A stretch of 64,000 nucleotides of DNA, taken from assembly GCA_964370245.1 (NCBI GenBank), contig CAYJIN010000002.1:841-64840 (forward strand), read 5' to 3'. The notes below the pieces were generated by a model that was not told the origin of the DNA, did not search any database, and worked only from the letters and a program-made list of their open reading frames with translations. Positions 19,832 to 31,079 of the stretch are shown here, piece by piece. Each line of letters begins with the position of its first letter. The stretch's first letter is position 1. Made by a program: the position numbers and the translations under genes. This stretch comes from an uncultured Desulfovibrionaceae bacterium (GTDB lineage: Bacteria > Desulfobacterota > Desulfovibrionia > Desulfovibrionales > Desulfovibrionaceae).

Positions 19832-19854
19832 GTATTAAATACTTGTGAGATGAT

Positions 19855-20604
19855 ATGCAAGATGTTGTAAAAAAAATAGAATTTCATGTTCGCCCTATTA
19901 TTGAAAACTTAGAGCTTGAATTGTGGGGTCTTGAAATTCAAAGTGGCGCAAAGCACATTGTTCGCATTTATTTGCAAGATGCCACTGATATTAGTAATTC
20001 TGATTCTGAATCAAATGTGCAAGCAGCTGGCATTGACGAATGCGCTAAAGTTTCTCGTCTTGTTGGTCTTGTGCTCGATGTTGAAGAATTTTTTGCTGAA
20101 CCGTGGATTTTAGAAGTTTCAACTCCTGGTCTTGATAGAGTGTTCTTCTTTTTAGAACAAATGAAAGACTATTGCGGCAAAACAGTGTTAGTAAATTTAA
20201 ACGCACCTGTTGAAGCTGGCAAAGGGAATGAAAAAGTAAAGTCACGTAGAAAAATTCAAGGTAAATTAACAAGTGTTAGCGATGAAAGCTTTGAAGTTGT
20301 TTCCGACCATGATGGAATAAGCTTTGAAATTTCATGGAATAATGTAAAAAGAGCAAAGCTTGTGCCTGAATTTGAAGATAATTCTGCAAAAGCTCTCACT
20401 TCTTCTGAAGAAGAAAATAAAAAAGAAGTGAAAGAAGTAAAAAATTCAAAAAAATCTTCGAAAGATGATAAATCTGATAAAAACAAAGCTAAATACGGTA
20501 AAAACTCTAAAATGGCAAGATTAGACAGACTTGCAAAAGCCCAAGAAGTTGCTGAAAAGCAAACTTCTGAAGTGAACGAATTTTTAGAAAGTATTTTGAA
20601 ATAA
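19855..20604 (+). CDS. rimP: ribosome maturation factor RimP with Lys/Ser-rich C-terminal tail
   Basis: N-terminal RimP core (LELWGLEI..., ILEVSTPGLDR), positioned immediately upstream of nusA. About 75 extra charged residues at the C-terminus. Confidence 0.85.
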   Translation: MQDVVKKIEFHVRPIIENLELELWGLEIQSGAKHIVRIYLQDATDISNSDSESNVQAAGIDECAKVSRLVGLVLDVEEFFAEPWILEVSTPGLDRVFFFLEQMKDYCGKTVLVNLNAPVEAGKGNEKVKSRRKIQGKLTSVSDESFEVVSDHDGISFEISWNNVKRAKLVPEFEDNSAKALTSSEEENKKEVKEVKNSKKSSKDDKSDKNKAKYGKNSKMARLDRLAKAQEVAEKQTSEVNEFLESILK

Positions 20605-20685
20605 AGTTAATATATTGATACTAGAATTGTAAACAATTCAATTAATATATACAAATAAATAGTAAAAACAATTTAGGAATAAATT

Positions 20686-21987
20686 ATGAGTCAAGAACTT
20701 AAAAAAGCAATTGAACAAATAGCAAAAGATAAAGGTATCGAAAAAGAATTGCTTGTTGATACTTTAGAAGATGCTGTACGTACTTCTGTAGTAAAAAAAT
20801 ACGGCGATGACCTTGACGTAGAAGTTCGTTTTAATGAAGACAGTGGCGAAATTGAAGTATATCAATTCAAAATTGTTGTTGATGATGTTGCTAATGATAT
20901 CAACCAAATTGATATTGACGAAGCAAAATTGCTTGATCCATCAGTTATGCTTGACGATGAAATGGGCTTTCGCCTAAAAGTTGAAGATCTTGGCCGTATT
21001 GCAGCGCAATCAGCTAAACAAGTTATTATTCAACGTATGCGTGATGCTGAACAAGGTTTAGTATACGAAGAATATAAAGATAGAATTGGCGAAATTGTTT
21101 CAGGTGTTATTCAACGTCGTGATAAAGCTGGATTTATTGTAAACCTTGGAAAAATTGAAGCTTTGTTACCAAAAGAAGATCAAATTGCAAGAGAACATTA
21201 TAAAAGAAATGAACGCTGCCAAGCTTTATTAATTGATGTTCGCCGTGATGGTCGTGGTCCACAACTTATTATTTCACGTTCACACCGTGACTATCTTGCT
21301 GCTCTCTTCCGTCGTGAAGTTCCTGAAGTTGATGAAGGCACAATCCAAATCATGGCAGTTGCTCGTGACCCTGGTTTACGTGCTAAAGTTGCTGTTTTCT
21401 CAAAAGATAAGGATATTGATCCAGTGGGTGCATGCGTTGGTGTGCGTGGCTCACGTATTCAAAACGTTGTGCAAGAACTTCGTGGCGAACGTATTGATAT
21501 TGTTATCTGGTCTGCTGATATTGCAGAATATGCGAAAAATGCTTTAGCTCCTGCTGTAATTTCACGCATTATGGTAAATGAAGAAGAAAACCTTCTTGAA
21601 ATTACTGTTCCTGATGAACAACTTACTGCTACAATTGGTAAAAAAGGTCAAAACGTAAAATTAGCAGCGCAATTACTTGGCTGGAAAATTGATCTCTTTA
21701 CTGAATCACGTTATGCTGAATTACTCGGCAATGGCGACACTCAAAAACAAGGCAGAGGCTTAGAACAAGTTGCAAGCGTTGCAGAAATTCCTGTAAACAC
21801 CTTTATCGAAGCGGGTTTCAACACTTTAGAATTGTTGAATGAAGCAACAGATGAAGAATTAGAAGAAGCACTCAACATTTCTTCTTCACGCATTAGTGAA
21901 CTTCGCCAAGCAATCAAATTTATCTCCCCTGCTTTAGAAACTGAAACTGTTCGTTTAGTTGAAGTTCAAGAAGCTGATGCTGAATAG
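20686..21987 (+). CDS. nusA: transcription termination/antitermination factor NusA
   Basis: 433-aa ORF with S1 and two KH domains (GVRGSRIQNVVQELRGERIDIV, IGKKGQNVKLAAQLLGWKIDL). Confidence 0.95.
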   Translation: MSQELKKAIEQIAKDKGIEKELLVDTLEDAVRTSVVKKYGDDLDVEVRFNEDSGEIEVYQFKIVVDDVANDINQIDIDEAKLLDPSVMLDDEMGFRLKVEDLGRIAAQSAKQVIIQRMRDAEQGLVYEEYKDRIGEIVSGVIQRRDKAGFIVNLGKIEALLPKEDQIAREHYKRNERCQALLIDVRRDGRGPQLIISRSHRDYLAALFRREVPEVDEGTIQIMAVARDPGLRAKVAVFSKDKDIDPVGACVGVRGSRIQNVVQELRGERIDIVIWSADIAEYAKNALAPAVISRIMVNEEENLLEITVPDEQLTATIGKKGQNVKLAAQLLGWKIDLFTESRYAELLGNGDTQKQGRGLEQVASVAEIPVNTFIEAGFNTLELLNEATDEELEEALNISSSRISELRQAIKFISPALETETVRLVEVQEADAE

Positions 21988-22036
21988 TTTTGAAAACAAG
22001 ATAAATTTTACAAACTTGACACAGAAGACAATTACA

Positions 22037-22288
22037 ATGGATACTGAAATTTCAAAAGTATATGAACCCACTAGAATGTGCGTGATTTGCAGAGAGAGAT
22101 TTCCAAAAAAAGAATTGAATCGCTATATTTTACCTCAATCGAATGAAAAACTTGCTCCTCTTGGTAAAAATATGCTTTTAGATACAAAAAAAATTGAACA
22201 ACAAAGAGGCATTTATCTTTGTAATGAAGAAAAATGCCAGGAAAAATTCCAAATGCTCAAGCTAAAACAAAAGGGCAAAAAGGCTTAA
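22037..22288 (+). CDS. YlxR/RnpM-family (DUF448) RNA-binding protein
   Basis: [18 protein letters not shown] motif in the conserved position between nusA and infB. The start is set at an internal ATG. Confidence 0.75.
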   Translation: MDTEISKVYEPTRMCVICRERFPKKELNRYILPQSNEKLAPLGKNMLLDTKKIEQQRGIYLCNEEKCQEKFQMLKLKQKGKKA

Positions 22289-22292
22289 ATCT

Positions 22293-25200
22293 ATGGAAAA
22301 AAAGATAACCATAAAAGAACTAGCACAAGAACTTAATGTTGATCATTCTACTATGTTGCGTGATATTAAACACGATTTAGACATACATTTGAGATCTTCA
22401 ACAAATTCCGTTGATGAGAATGATGTTGATAACATTCGCTCTTATTATAAAACTAAAAACACCGTTACTTCAAGTGTTTCAACTGAAAGCGGTGGGGTTA
22501 TCGTACGCCGTAGACGTAATGTAGATAATGAAGACGAACCAAAAGCAGAAAAACCTGCTAAAGCAAACAAAGCTTCAGAACCTACTGAGAAAAAGCCAGC
22601 TGCTAAAAAAGAAAAAGTAGCTGAGAAAAAAGCTGAACCAGTTGCGCAAGCAAAACCAGTCAAAACTGAGAAAGCTGAAAAAACTGAAAAAGCTCCTAAA
22701 GCTGAGAAAAAAGCTGAAGACAAAGCAAGCCCAAAAACAGAAAAGAAAGCTGATTCAGCAAAAGCAGTGAAAACTGAAAAAACTGAAAAAGCTCCTGCTT
22801 CTACTGGTGCACGTATTATTCAAGCACCTAAAAAAGAAGAACCAAGTGCTAAGGTTGTTTCTAAAGAAGAAGTAAAAACTGAAGCTAAAGCAAAAGTTGT
22901 TCAAGAGCCTAAAGCTGAAAAAAATGAAGATAAATCTTCTGCAAAACCTGTTGAAAATAAACAGAAAAAAGAAGAAAAAGTTGAAGCAAAAGCTCAAGTA
23001 ACTTCTGAAGATAAAACTGAAAGAAAATCTTCTGCTTCTATTTCAGCTAAGCCTGACGGCACTTCAACAAAATCAATTCTTCCTCCTGCTGGCGAAAGAT
23101 CTTTTGCCCCAAGAAATGAAGAATATAAACCACAATCTCAAGTACGCGTAATTTCAAAGCCAGATGCTGCTACTCAAGCTGCAAATGCTATGAATCGTGA
23201 AAAAGCTGCGTACAATAAAGAAAATAATCGTGATGGTCGTCCTTCTTATAATAGAGACAATAATCGTGATGGCGGTCGCCCTTCTTATAATAGAGATAAT
23301 AACCGTGAAGGCGGCTACCGTGGCGATAGAAACGACCGTGGCCCACGCCCACAAGGTGCTGGTGGCAACGATCGTGGCGAACGTAAACCATTTGATAGAA
23401 ACAATCCAAGACCAAACGATGGCCGTAATGACAATCGTGGCGGTTTTAGAGGGAATAATCAAAACCCTGGTGGCGATAAAGACGGCGATCAACGTAATAA
23501 TAACAACCGTCCTGCACGTCCACAAACACCACGTCCACGTCCTGTTGAAGGTTTACCTTTCCCAACTGAAGAGCAAAGCCGTAAAAAACGTAATAAAAAC
23601 AATACGAAAACAAACGAATTTGCTGATAAAACAGGTCAACAAGATTTTAAATTTACAAAATATTCCTTCAATGGTGATGATGATGATGCACCACGTCGTC
23701 GCAGAAAACCAAAGAAAAAAGATAATAAGCAAGCACATACAACAACTGTTCCTATGAAAGCTGCGAAAAGAAAATTACGTATTGAAGAAACCATTCGTGT
23801 TGCTGATATGGCACACCAAATGGGCTTGAAATCAAGCGAAATCATCAAAATTCTCTTTGGTTTAGGCGTAATGGCTACTATCAACTCATCACTTGACTTT
23901 GATACAGCACAAGTTGTTGCATCTGAATTTGAATATGAAGTTGAAAAAGTAGGTTTCTCAGCGGAAGAAGCTATCTTACCTAAAGAAGCAGATAGCCCTG
24001 AGCAACTTAAACCACGTCCACCTGTTGTTACAATTATGGGTCACGTTGATCACGGTAAAACTTCACTTCTTGATGCTATCCGTGAAACAAACGTAACTGC
24101 TGGCGAAGCTGGTGGTATTACTCAACATATCGGTGCGTATCACGTACGTACTAAACGTGGCGAAATTGTATTCTTAGATACTCCTGGTCACGAAGCTTTT
24201 ACAGCAATGCGTTTACGTGGTGCTCAAGTTACTGATATCGTTGTTTTAGTTGTTGCAGCTGACGATGGTGTTATGGAACAAACTCGTGAAGCTATCAACC
24301 ACGCAAAAGCAGCGGAAGTACCTATTATTGTTGCAGTAAACAAAATGGATAAAGAAGGCGCTAACCCTGACAGAGTTTTACGTGAACTTGCTGAACTAGG
24401 CTTACAAGCTGAAGATTGGGGTGGTGACACCGTTGTTACTATGCTTTCAGCAAAGAAACGTGAAGGTATTGACGAATTGTTAGAACTTCTTGTTTTACAA
24501 TCTGAACTTATGGAATTAAAAGCTAATCCTGATAAATCAGCTCGTGGTCATATTGTTGAAGCGAAACTTGATAAAGGCCGTGGCCCTGTTGCTACTGTTC
24601 TAATTCAAGAAGGAACACTTAGCCAAGGCGATGCATTCGTTTGTGGTGTATTTGCTGGCCGTGTTCGTGCCCTCTTCAATGATCAAGGTAAGAAAATTCA
24701 ATCTGCTGGTCCTTCAATTCCGGTTGAAGTTCAAGGTTTTGAAGGCGTGCCTGAAGCTGGTGAAGAATTTGTTTCTTTACAAGATGAAAAAATGGCTCGT
24801 CGTATTGCTGATACACGTACAATCAAGCAACGTGAAAAAGTTCTTGCAAAAGAATCAAAAGTTACACTTGAAACATTCCTTGCTCGTAAAGCTGATACAG
24901 CTGAAGCATTGGTACTCAACCTTATTCTTAAGGCTGACGTTCAAGGTTCACTTGAAGCAATCACTGAAGCTCTCAACAAGCTTTCAACAGAAAAAGTTCG
25001 CATTTCAGTAATTCACGGTGGTGCTGGTTCAATTTCTGAATCAGACATCATGCTTGCAGCTGCATCAGAAGCTATTGTAATCGGCTTCAACGTGCGTCCA
25101 ACTGCAAAAGTGAAAGACTTTGCTGACAATGAAAATGTTGATATTCGTTACTATGACATTATCTACAAACTTGTTGAAGAAATTCGCGCTGCTATGGAAG

Positions 25201-25520
25201 GCTTACTTGCTCCTGTTCAAAAAGAAGTTTATCTTGGTCAAGCAGAAGTTCGTGAAACATTCAGTCTTTCAAGAGTTGGAACAATCGCTGGTACTTATGT
25301 TACTGACGGTAAAATGGTTCGTAACTGTGGCATTCGCCTCTTACGTGAAGGTGTTGTTATTTACACAGGTAAAATTTCTTCACTCAAACGTTTCAAAGAT
25401 GATGCAAAAGAAGTTGCTAAAGGTTTTGAATGTGGTATGTCATTAGAAAATTACAACGACATCAAAATTGGTGATATCTTCGAAGCATTTGAAATGAAAG
25501 AAGAAGCTGCACACCTCTAA
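22293..25520 (+). CDS. infB: translation initiation factor IF-2 with long low-complexity N-terminal region
   Basis: 1075-aa ORF. GTPase motifs [17 protein letters not shown] and NKMD sit in the C-terminal 580 aa. The N-terminal 480 aa is K/E/A- and N/R/D/G-rich. Confidence 0.96.
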   Translation: MEKKITIKELAQELNVDHSTMLRDIKHDLDIHLRSSTNSVDENDVDNIRSYYKTKNTVTSSVSTESGGVIVRRRRNVDNEDEPKAEKPAKANKASEPTEKKPAAKKEKVAEKKAEPVAQAKPVKTEKAEKTEKAPKAEKKAEDKASPKTEKKADSAKAVKTEKTEKAPASTGARIIQAPKKEEPSAKVVSKEEVKTEAKAKVVQEPKAEKNEDKSSAKPVENKQKKEEKVEAKAQVTSEDKTERKSSASISAKPDGTSTKSILPPAGERSFAPRNEEYKPQSQVRVISKPDAATQAANAMNREKAAYNKENNRDGRPSYNRDNNRDGGRPSYNRDNNREGGYRGDRNDRGPRPQGAGGNDRGERKPFDRNNPRPNDGRNDNRGGFRGNNQNPGGDKDGDQRNNNNRPARPQTPRPRPVEGLPFPTEEQSRKKRNKNNTKTNEFADKTGQQDFKFTKYSFNGDDDDAPRRRRKPKKKDNKQAHTTTVPMKAAKRKLRIEETIRVADMAHQMGLKSSEIIKILFGLGVMATINSSLDFDTAQVVASEFEYEVEKVGFSAEEAILPKEADSPEQLKPRPPVVTIMGHVDHGKTSLLDAIRETNVTAGEAGGITQHIGAYHVRTKRGEIVFLDTPGHEAFTAMRLRGAQVTDIVVLVVAADDGVMEQTREAINHAKAAEVPIIVAVNKMDKEGANPDRVLRELAELGLQAEDWGGDTVVTMLSAKKREGIDELLELLVLQSELMELKANPDKSARGHIVEAKLDKGRGPVATVLIQEGTLSQGDAFVCGVFAGRVRALFNDQGKKIQSAGPSIPVEVQGFEGVPEAGEEFVSLQDEKMARRIADTRTIKQREKVLAKESKVTLETFLARKADTAEALVLNLILKADVQGSLEAITEALNKLSTEKVRISVIHGGAGSISESDIMLAAASEAIVIGFNVRPTAKVKDFADNENVDIRYYDIIYKLVEEIRAAMEGLLAPVQKEVYLGQAEVRETFSLSRVGTIAGTYVTDGKMVRNCGIRLLREGVVIYTGKISSLKRFKDDAKEVAKGFECGMSLENYNDIKIGDIFEAFEMKEEAAHL

Positions 25521-25544
25521 AATTAGATTTGCACTAAAAATACT

Positions 25545-25577
25545 AAGCCCTAAGAGTTTTCTTTTAGGGCTTTTTTT
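25545..25577 (+). terminator. rho-independent terminator after infB
   Basis: AAGCCCTAA (25545-25553) pairs with TTAGGGCTT (25564-25572), followed by a T run to 25577. Confidence 0.85.
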
Positions 25578-25689
25578 CTGTTATTTTCTCACAACTTCAT
25601 TATTTTCTTTACTTTCTTTATTATTCAAGGTAATTTTAATTTTGTTTTTAAAATTGTTTTAACATGCATTAGTTTAGTAAGGAGACAGA

Positions 25690-26466
25690 ATGTCAAAAAT
25701 ACTTATTAAGTACGGCGGGCATGCAATGGATAAAGATGAACTTTCTTTATCATTTGCTAAAAGTTTAAAAAAACTTGACGAGTTAGGTCATCAACTCATT
25801 CTAACACATGGTGGTGGCCCACATATAAATGCATTACTCGAGCGTTTAAAGATTGACTCACACTTTGTTAATGGTATGCGCTACACGGATGAAGCAACTA
25901 TGGAAGTTGTTGAAATGGTTTTACGTGGAAGTTTGAATGCAAAACTTGTTGGCTTATTCAAAGAAGCTGGTCTTAATGCTGTTGGAATGTCTGGTAAAGA
26001 TAATGCAACTCTATACGCTGAAAAGAATGAAGAACTTGGCTATGTTGGTGAAGTTACTCAAGTAAATATTGATTATGTAAAACTTTTATTAAAGAATTCT
26101 TACTTACCTGTTATTGCTCCTATCGCTTATGGTTTAGGCGGAATTAGCCTTAATGTGAATGCTGATATTGCAAGTGGCGCTATTGCGGGAGCTCTTGAAG
26201 CTGATGTTTTCGTTCTAGTGACTGACGTTCCTGGCGTCCTTGACAAGGAAGGAAATTTACAACAAATTCTTACATTTGCAGATATTGACCGATTAAAAAA
26301 TGATGAAACCATTACTGGTGGAATGATACCTAAAGTTGATAGTTGTTTAAATGCTCTTCATAAGGGCTGCAAACGTGCCTATATTTTAGATGGCAGAAAA
26401 GAAGGTAATTTAGAAAAATTACTTCTTGATGGCGAAGCTGTTGGCACATTAATTGTTGAAAAATAA
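25690..26466 (+). CDS. argB: acetylglutamate kinase
   Basis: 258-aa ORF with amino-acid kinase motifs (IKYGGHAM, LTHGGGPHIN) and an AAGGAG RBS. Confidence 0.9.
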   Translation: MSKILIKYGGHAMDKDELSLSFAKSLKKLDELGHQLILTHGGGPHINALLERLKIDSHFVNGMRYTDEATMEVVEMVLRGSLNAKLVGLFKEAGLNAVGMSGKDNATLYAEKNEELGYVGEVTQVNIDYVKLLLKNSYLPVIAPIAYGLGGISLNVNADIASGAIAGALEADVFVLVTDVPGVLDKEGNLQQILTFADIDRLKNDETITGGMIPKVDSCLNALHKGCKRAYILDGRKEGNLEKLLLDGEAVGTLIVEK

Positions 26467-26500
26467 TTTCTATAATTCATATATTTAATAAGGATAAAAA

Positions 26501-27499
26501 ATGCTTAAAAATCGTGATTTTTTAAAGATTTATGACCATAGCCCTGCAGAAATTGCTTATTTACTAAAGCTTGCTGCTGAATATAAACAACATAAAAAAC
26601 TTGGTACTGAACCACAAAACCTCAAAGGAAAAAACATTGTGCTTATTTTTGAAAAAGATAGCACAAGAACACGTTGCTCTTTTGAAGTTGCGGCTTATGA
26701 TCAAGGTGCGCAAGTAACTTATTTAGGGCCTTCAGGTTCACAAATTGGCAAAAAAGAATCTATCTCTGATACTGCTCAAGTTTTATCACGCTTTTATGAT
26801 GGCATACAATACCGTGGTTTTGGGCAAGAGCTTGTAGAAGAATTAGCAAAATATGCTTCAGTTCCAGTTTGGAATGGTTTGACTGACGAATCACACCCAA
26901 CTCAAATTTTAGCAGATTTTCTTACTATGCAAGAACATGCAAAAGATTTAGGAAAAGAATTACACGAGATTAGCTTTGCCTATATGGGCGATGCTAGAAA
27001 TAATATGGCTAATTCACTTCTTATTGGCGCTGCAAAAATGGGAATGGATTGCAGAATTATTTCACCAAAATCTTTACAACCTTCTAAAAAAATCCAAGAA
27101 ATGGCTTTTGAACTTGCAAAAGAAACAAAAGCAAAACTTCTTATTACTGACAATATTGAAGAAGGCGTAAAAAATTGCGACTTTATCCACACAGATGTAT
27201 GGGTAAGCATGGGCGAAAGTCAAGATGTTTGGAAAGAACGCATTGACTTGCTTCTTCCTTACCAAGTAAATAAAAAATGTATGGAATTAACTGAAAATCC
27301 TCATGTTAAATTTATGCACTGTTTACCTGCTTTCCACGATAGAAACACGAAAATTGGTGAAGATATTTATCAGCAATTTGGTATTGATGCGATGGAAGTT
27401 ACAGATGAAGTTTTCTCATCCCCTGCTTCAATTGTGTTTGACCAAGCGGAAAATAGAATGCACACAATTAAAGCTGTTATGATTGCAACTTTAGGATAA
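26501..27499 (+). CDS. argF: ornithine carbamoyltransferase
   Basis: 332-aa ORF with the STRTR, HPTQ, DVWVSMG and HCLPAFH motifs all intact. Confidence 0.93.
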   Translation: MLKNRDFLKIYDHSPAEIAYLLKLAAEYKQHKKLGTEPQNLKGKNIVLIFEKDSTRTRCSFEVAAYDQGAQVTYLGPSGSQIGKKESISDTAQVLSRFYDGIQYRGFGQELVEELAKYASVPVWNGLTDESHPTQILADFLTMQEHAKDLGKELHEISFAYMGDARNNMANSLLIGAAKMGMDCRIISPKSLQPSKKIQEMAFELAKETKAKLLITDNIEEGVKNCDFIHTDVWVSMGESQDVWKERIDLLLPYQVNKKCMELTENPHVKFMHCLPAFHDRNTKIGEDIYQQFGIDAMEVTDEVFSSPASIVFDQAENRMHTIKAVMIATLG

Positions 27500-27528
27500 C
27501 TAGAACTTAGAGTAACAAGGCCGATTTT

Positions 27529-27569
27529 TTAGTTTCAAACTATAAGATCGGCTTTATTTTAGCTTTATA
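27529..27569 (+). terminator. rho-independent terminator after argF
   Basis: Long imperfect hairpin from GCCGAT... to ...ATCGGC (27529-27561), followed by TTTATTTT. Confidence 0.75.
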
Positions 27570-27595
27570 ATTCAATTATTTTCATAGAGGGTACT

Positions 27596-28888
27596 ATGCT
27601 TTTTTCAATTATTATTCCAGTGTATGGGCAATGGCATTTAACAAAAAATTGCTTATTTTCTATAAAAGAAATCGTTGATGTTCCCTATGAAGTTATTCTT
27701 GTTGATAATGGTGCTAAAGCTTTGCCCGATGATGCAACTTCCATTGAAGCCCCTATTATTGGAAAACATCTTTTTGGCGAAAATTTTATTTATCTGCCTC
27801 AAGAAAAAAACCTTAATTTTGCAGGTGCTTGTAATCTTGGAGCAAAAAATTCTCACAGCGAATTACTCTTCTTTTTAAATAATGATACACTGCTCACAAA
27901 AGATTTTCTGCCGCCTCTTCTTGAAAAATTTTCAAATAATACTGATAAAATCATGGTTGGGCCACTTTTACTTTATCCTCCAACTGGCGCATCAGCAGAA
28001 TATACAATTCAGCATATAGGGGTATTTTTCTCACCTCAACTTTCAGTCGGACATGTTTATGAACATTTTCCAGCTAATCATAGGGTTGCAAGGCGTGAAA
28101 GAGAATTTCAATGCATTACAGGCGCTGCATTTTTTATAAGGAAAAATCATTTTTTTGAACTAGATGGATTTGATAAAAATTTCAGAAATGGCTTTGAAGA
28201 TGTTGATTTATGTGGACGTTTTAAAGCTATTGGGGGAAGAATGTTTGTCGTTCCTAAATCAAAAATTGTTCATCTTTGCTCACAAACGCCCGGCAGAAAA
28301 GATTCAGAAGAATATAATTCAAAATATTTGCATACAAAACAAACAATCAAGCATTTTGTAAGCGACTATAACAAAATTCTCAATGAAGATGGGTATGAAT
28401 TGCATGTAAATGAATGGCTTGGTTTGGAACCACGCCTGAACAAAAGACTTGAAGAAAGTTTTGAACCTCTACTTATTGAAAATGATTATAAAAAAATAAA
28501 AATCCAATACGCAAAAGAACCTTACTGGAATAAAGGTTTTGATGCTCTTATTAATCATCCAGAAACAACAAAGAGTGAAGTTACTCTTTTATACGCACAA
28601 CGTCTAAAGAAAAATTATTCTTTCAATGTTTACTACAATTACATTAAATACTTATTTCAAGAAAACATAGATAGAGAAATATTCAAAAAAATTAACATAC
28701 TTAATGTTTTTACTGAAGCAACAGAAGATCGTCTTGCATCATATAAAAAAATGTTAGCCTCAAAAGAACTTTCATCTATTCTGAAAAGTGAAACAGAAGA
28801 AATTATTAGAAATCATGAACACTTTATGCAAACAACGTATAAAGAGATACTCACTGAAATAAAAGAGATGATTATAAAATATTCTTAG
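27596..28888 (+). CDS. family 2 glycosyltransferase with extra C-terminal domain
   Basis: N-terminal GT-A fold signature (FSIIIPVYGQ, ILVDNGA, FLNNDT, FEDVDLC). The C-terminal 170 aa or so are unassigned. Confidence 0.75.
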   Translation: MLFSIIIPVYGQWHLTKNCLFSIKEIVDVPYEVILVDNGAKALPDDATSIEAPIIGKHLFGENFIYLPQEKNLNFAGACNLGAKNSHSELLFFLNNDTLLTKDFLPPLLEKFSNNTDKIMVGPLLLYPPTGASAEYTIQHIGVFFSPQLSVGHVYEHFPANHRVARREREFQCITGAAFFIRKNHFFELDGFDKNFRNGFEDVDLCGRFKAIGGRMFVVPKSKIVHLCSQTPGRKDSEEYNSKYLHTKQTIKHFVSDYNKILNEDGYELHVNEWLGLEPRLNKRLEESFEPLLIENDYKKIKIQYAKEPYWNKGFDALINHPETTKSEVTLLYAQRLKKNYSFNVYYNYIKYLFQENIDREIFKKINILNVFTEATEDRLASYKKMLASKELSSILKSETEEIIRNHEHFMQTTYKEILTEIKEMIIKYS

Positions 28889-28898
28889 TGAATTTATA

Positions 28899-28944
28899 AA
28901 TAAAAAAACCGTTCTACTCAAAAAGTAAAACGGTTTCATTTTTT
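28899..28944. terminator. bidirectional terminator between the GT2 gene and fabI
   Basis: AAACCGTT (28906-28913) pairs with AACGGTTT (28929-28936). An A run lies upstream and a T run downstream. Confidence 0.8.
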
Positions 28945-28961
28945 ATAAATCTATACTCTGA

Positions 28962-29726
28962 TTATATTCCGAGAATATTATATCCGCAATCAGTAAACAT
29001 AATTTCACCAGTAATGCCACTTGCTAAATCAGAAGCTAAGAAAGCCGCTGTTCCGCCAACATCTTCAATAGTTACGTTACGTTTTAAAGGAGCAGAAGTT
29101 TCAATTCTTTCTAAAATTGTTCTAAAGTCAGAAATACCAGAAGCTGCTAAAGTTTTGATTGGACCAGCTGAAATACCATTTACACGGTGACCATTTTGAC
29201 CCATTTCATACGCTAAATATCTCACTGATGATTCTAAAGCTGCTTTTGCAACACCCATCATATTATAGTTAGTGATATATTTTTGTGCACCGTAATAAGT
29301 AAGAGTCATAATAGAAGAATTTGGGTTCAACATTTCTTCGTATGCTTTACATAAAGCAACTAAAGAATAAGCTGAAATATCCATAGCAGTTCTAAAACCT
29401 TCTCTAGTTGTATCTAAATAACGGTTATGCAGATCATCTTTATGTGCAAAAGCAATAGAATGCACTAAAATATCAACATTATCCCAATTCTTTTTAACAT
29501 CTGCAACTGCTTGAGCAATTTGTTCATCAGAAGTTACATCACATTGGAATGTAAATTTTGCACCTAATTCTTCTGCAATTGGTTCAACGCGTTTTTTAAT
29601 TGCATCACCAGGATAAGACAATGCAATTTCAGCACCTTGATTAATAAACTCTTTTGCAATACCATAAGCAATACTTTTTTGGTTTGCTACACCGAAAATG
29701 AGAGCTTTTTTACCTTTTAATATCAT
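28962..29726 (-). CDS. fabI: enoyl-[acyl-carrier-protein] reductase FabI
   Basis: 254-aa SDR ORF with FabI-type motifs (KALIFGVANQKSIAYGIA, Y..M..AKAALE, ISAGPIKTLAA). Confidence 0.92.
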   Translation of the reverse strand: MILKGKKALIFGVANQKSIAYGIAKEFINQGAEIALSYPGDAIKKRVEPIAEELGAKFTFQCDVTSDEQIAQAVADVKKNWDNVDILVHSIAFAHKDDLHNRYLDTTREGFRTAMDISAYSLVALCKAYEEMLNPNSSIMTLTYYGAQKYITNYNMMGVAKAALESSVRYLAYEMGQNGHRVNGISAGPIKTLAASGISDFRTILERIETSAPLKRNVTIEDVGGTAAFLASDLASGITGEIMFTDCGYNILGI

Positions 29727-29734
29727 ATAATCTC

Positions 29735-30616
29735 CTATTTTCCTGTTAGTTTATTATAAACATCTTGATATTTTGCTGCAGCAGTATCAGCTACTTCTTT
29801 AGGAAGGCGTGGAGCTGGAGCAGTTTTATCCCAAGGTTGTTCTTCAAGCCAATCACGAAGATATTGTTTATCAAAGCTTGGTTGACCTTTGCCAACTTCG
29901 TATAAAGCTTTATCCCAAAAACGTGATGAATCAGGAGTAAGAGCTTCGTCGATAAGGATAAGTTCATCGCCAATCATACCAAATTCAAATTTAGTATCAG
30001 CAATGATAATTCCTTTTGTATCAGCAAAGTCACGGCCTTTTTCATACATTTCAATTGAAATTCTTGCAACTTTATCAGCTAATTCTTTGCCAAGAAGTTT
30101 TTCAGCTTGTTCAACTGTGATATTTTCGTCATGATCGCCTTGTTCAGCTTTTGTAGAAGGTGTGAACAAAGGTTGTGCAAATTTTTCACTTTCTTGCATG
30201 TTTTCAGGTAAGTTATACCCACAAACAGTGCCTGTTTTTTTATAGTCTTTCCAGCCAGAACCACTAATATAACCGCGAACAATACATTCAATCGGTAATG
30301 GTTTAGCTTTTTTAACTAATACAGATCTGCCTTCAAGGCTATCTTTATATTTTTGTAATTCATCAGGAAACTGAGAAAAATCAGAAACTTTTACATGGTT
30401 TGGAACTATATCTTTGAACATTTCAAACCAGAAGAAGCTAATTTGATTCAAAATTTTTCCTTTACCTTCGATAGGATCATCCAAAATAACGTCAAACGCA
30501 GACATTCTATCAGTTGTTACAATAAGTAAAGTGTCGTTATCGATTTCATAAATATCTCTTACTTTACCTTTTGAAAGAAGAGGAAATTCTTTAATATCAG
30601 TGGTTATTACAGCCAT
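29735..30616 (-). CDS. purC: phosphoribosylaminoimidazole-succinocarboxamide (SAICAR) synthase
   Basis: 293-aa ORF with PurC motifs ([37 protein letters not shown]). Confidence 0.92.
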   Translation of the reverse strand: MAVITTDIKEFPLLSKGKVRDIYEIDNDTLLIVTTDRMSAFDVILDDPIEGKGKILNQISFFWFEMFKDIVPNHVKVSDFSQFPDELQKYKDSLEGRSVLVKKAKPLPIECIVRGYISGSGWKDYKKTGTVCGYNLPENMQESEKFAQPLFTPSTKAEQGDHDENITVEQAEKLLGKELADKVARISIEMYEKGRDFADTKGIIIADTKFEFGMIGDELILIDEALTPDSSRFWDKALYEVGKGQPSFDKQYLRDWLEEQPWDKTAPAPRLPKEVADTAAAKYQDVYNKLTGK

Positions 30617-31079
30617 GATTTAGTCCTTTTTTTTGTATAGTCAAATTAAGTCCATAAACTTTATACTTTTTTCAATTAATGAGCAAGTTTTAATTTCATT
30701 ATTTAATTTTTTTCTTTTTTATATTTTATAATTCTTTGATAAGAATAAAGATTTATCCCTCCTTTGCGCATAAATTCATTTATCTATTTGTAATTTTAGT
30801 AAAAAAAAATGACTTGATAAAAAAGAAAGTTAAAGCTAAAAAGAAATGGATTTAACGAAAAGTATGTCTACGATAGTTATTAAATGCTAAAGAAAGCAAA
30901 ACAAGTTTTTTTCTGTAAAACCTAACTACTGTAGATTAGCCTATTTTATTTAAAAAGCTTTTACTACTTTTCTAAAAAAAGAGAATCAAATTGAGTTTAT
31001 TCTCAATAATACCAAATGCTTTGTCGATGAAATTCCGCCTTATAACGCGCATTTGAAACTTTGGTACGGTGAAAAAAAT

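Noticed and set aside
22445-23884. Cluster of antisense and alternative-frame ORFs inside infB (22445..22723, 22755..22997, 23154..23525, 23197..23757, 23636..23884)
   Set aside because: All lie within the repetitive N-terminal coding region of IF-2. Repetitive codons keep several frames open, and none has an RBS or a recognisable domain.
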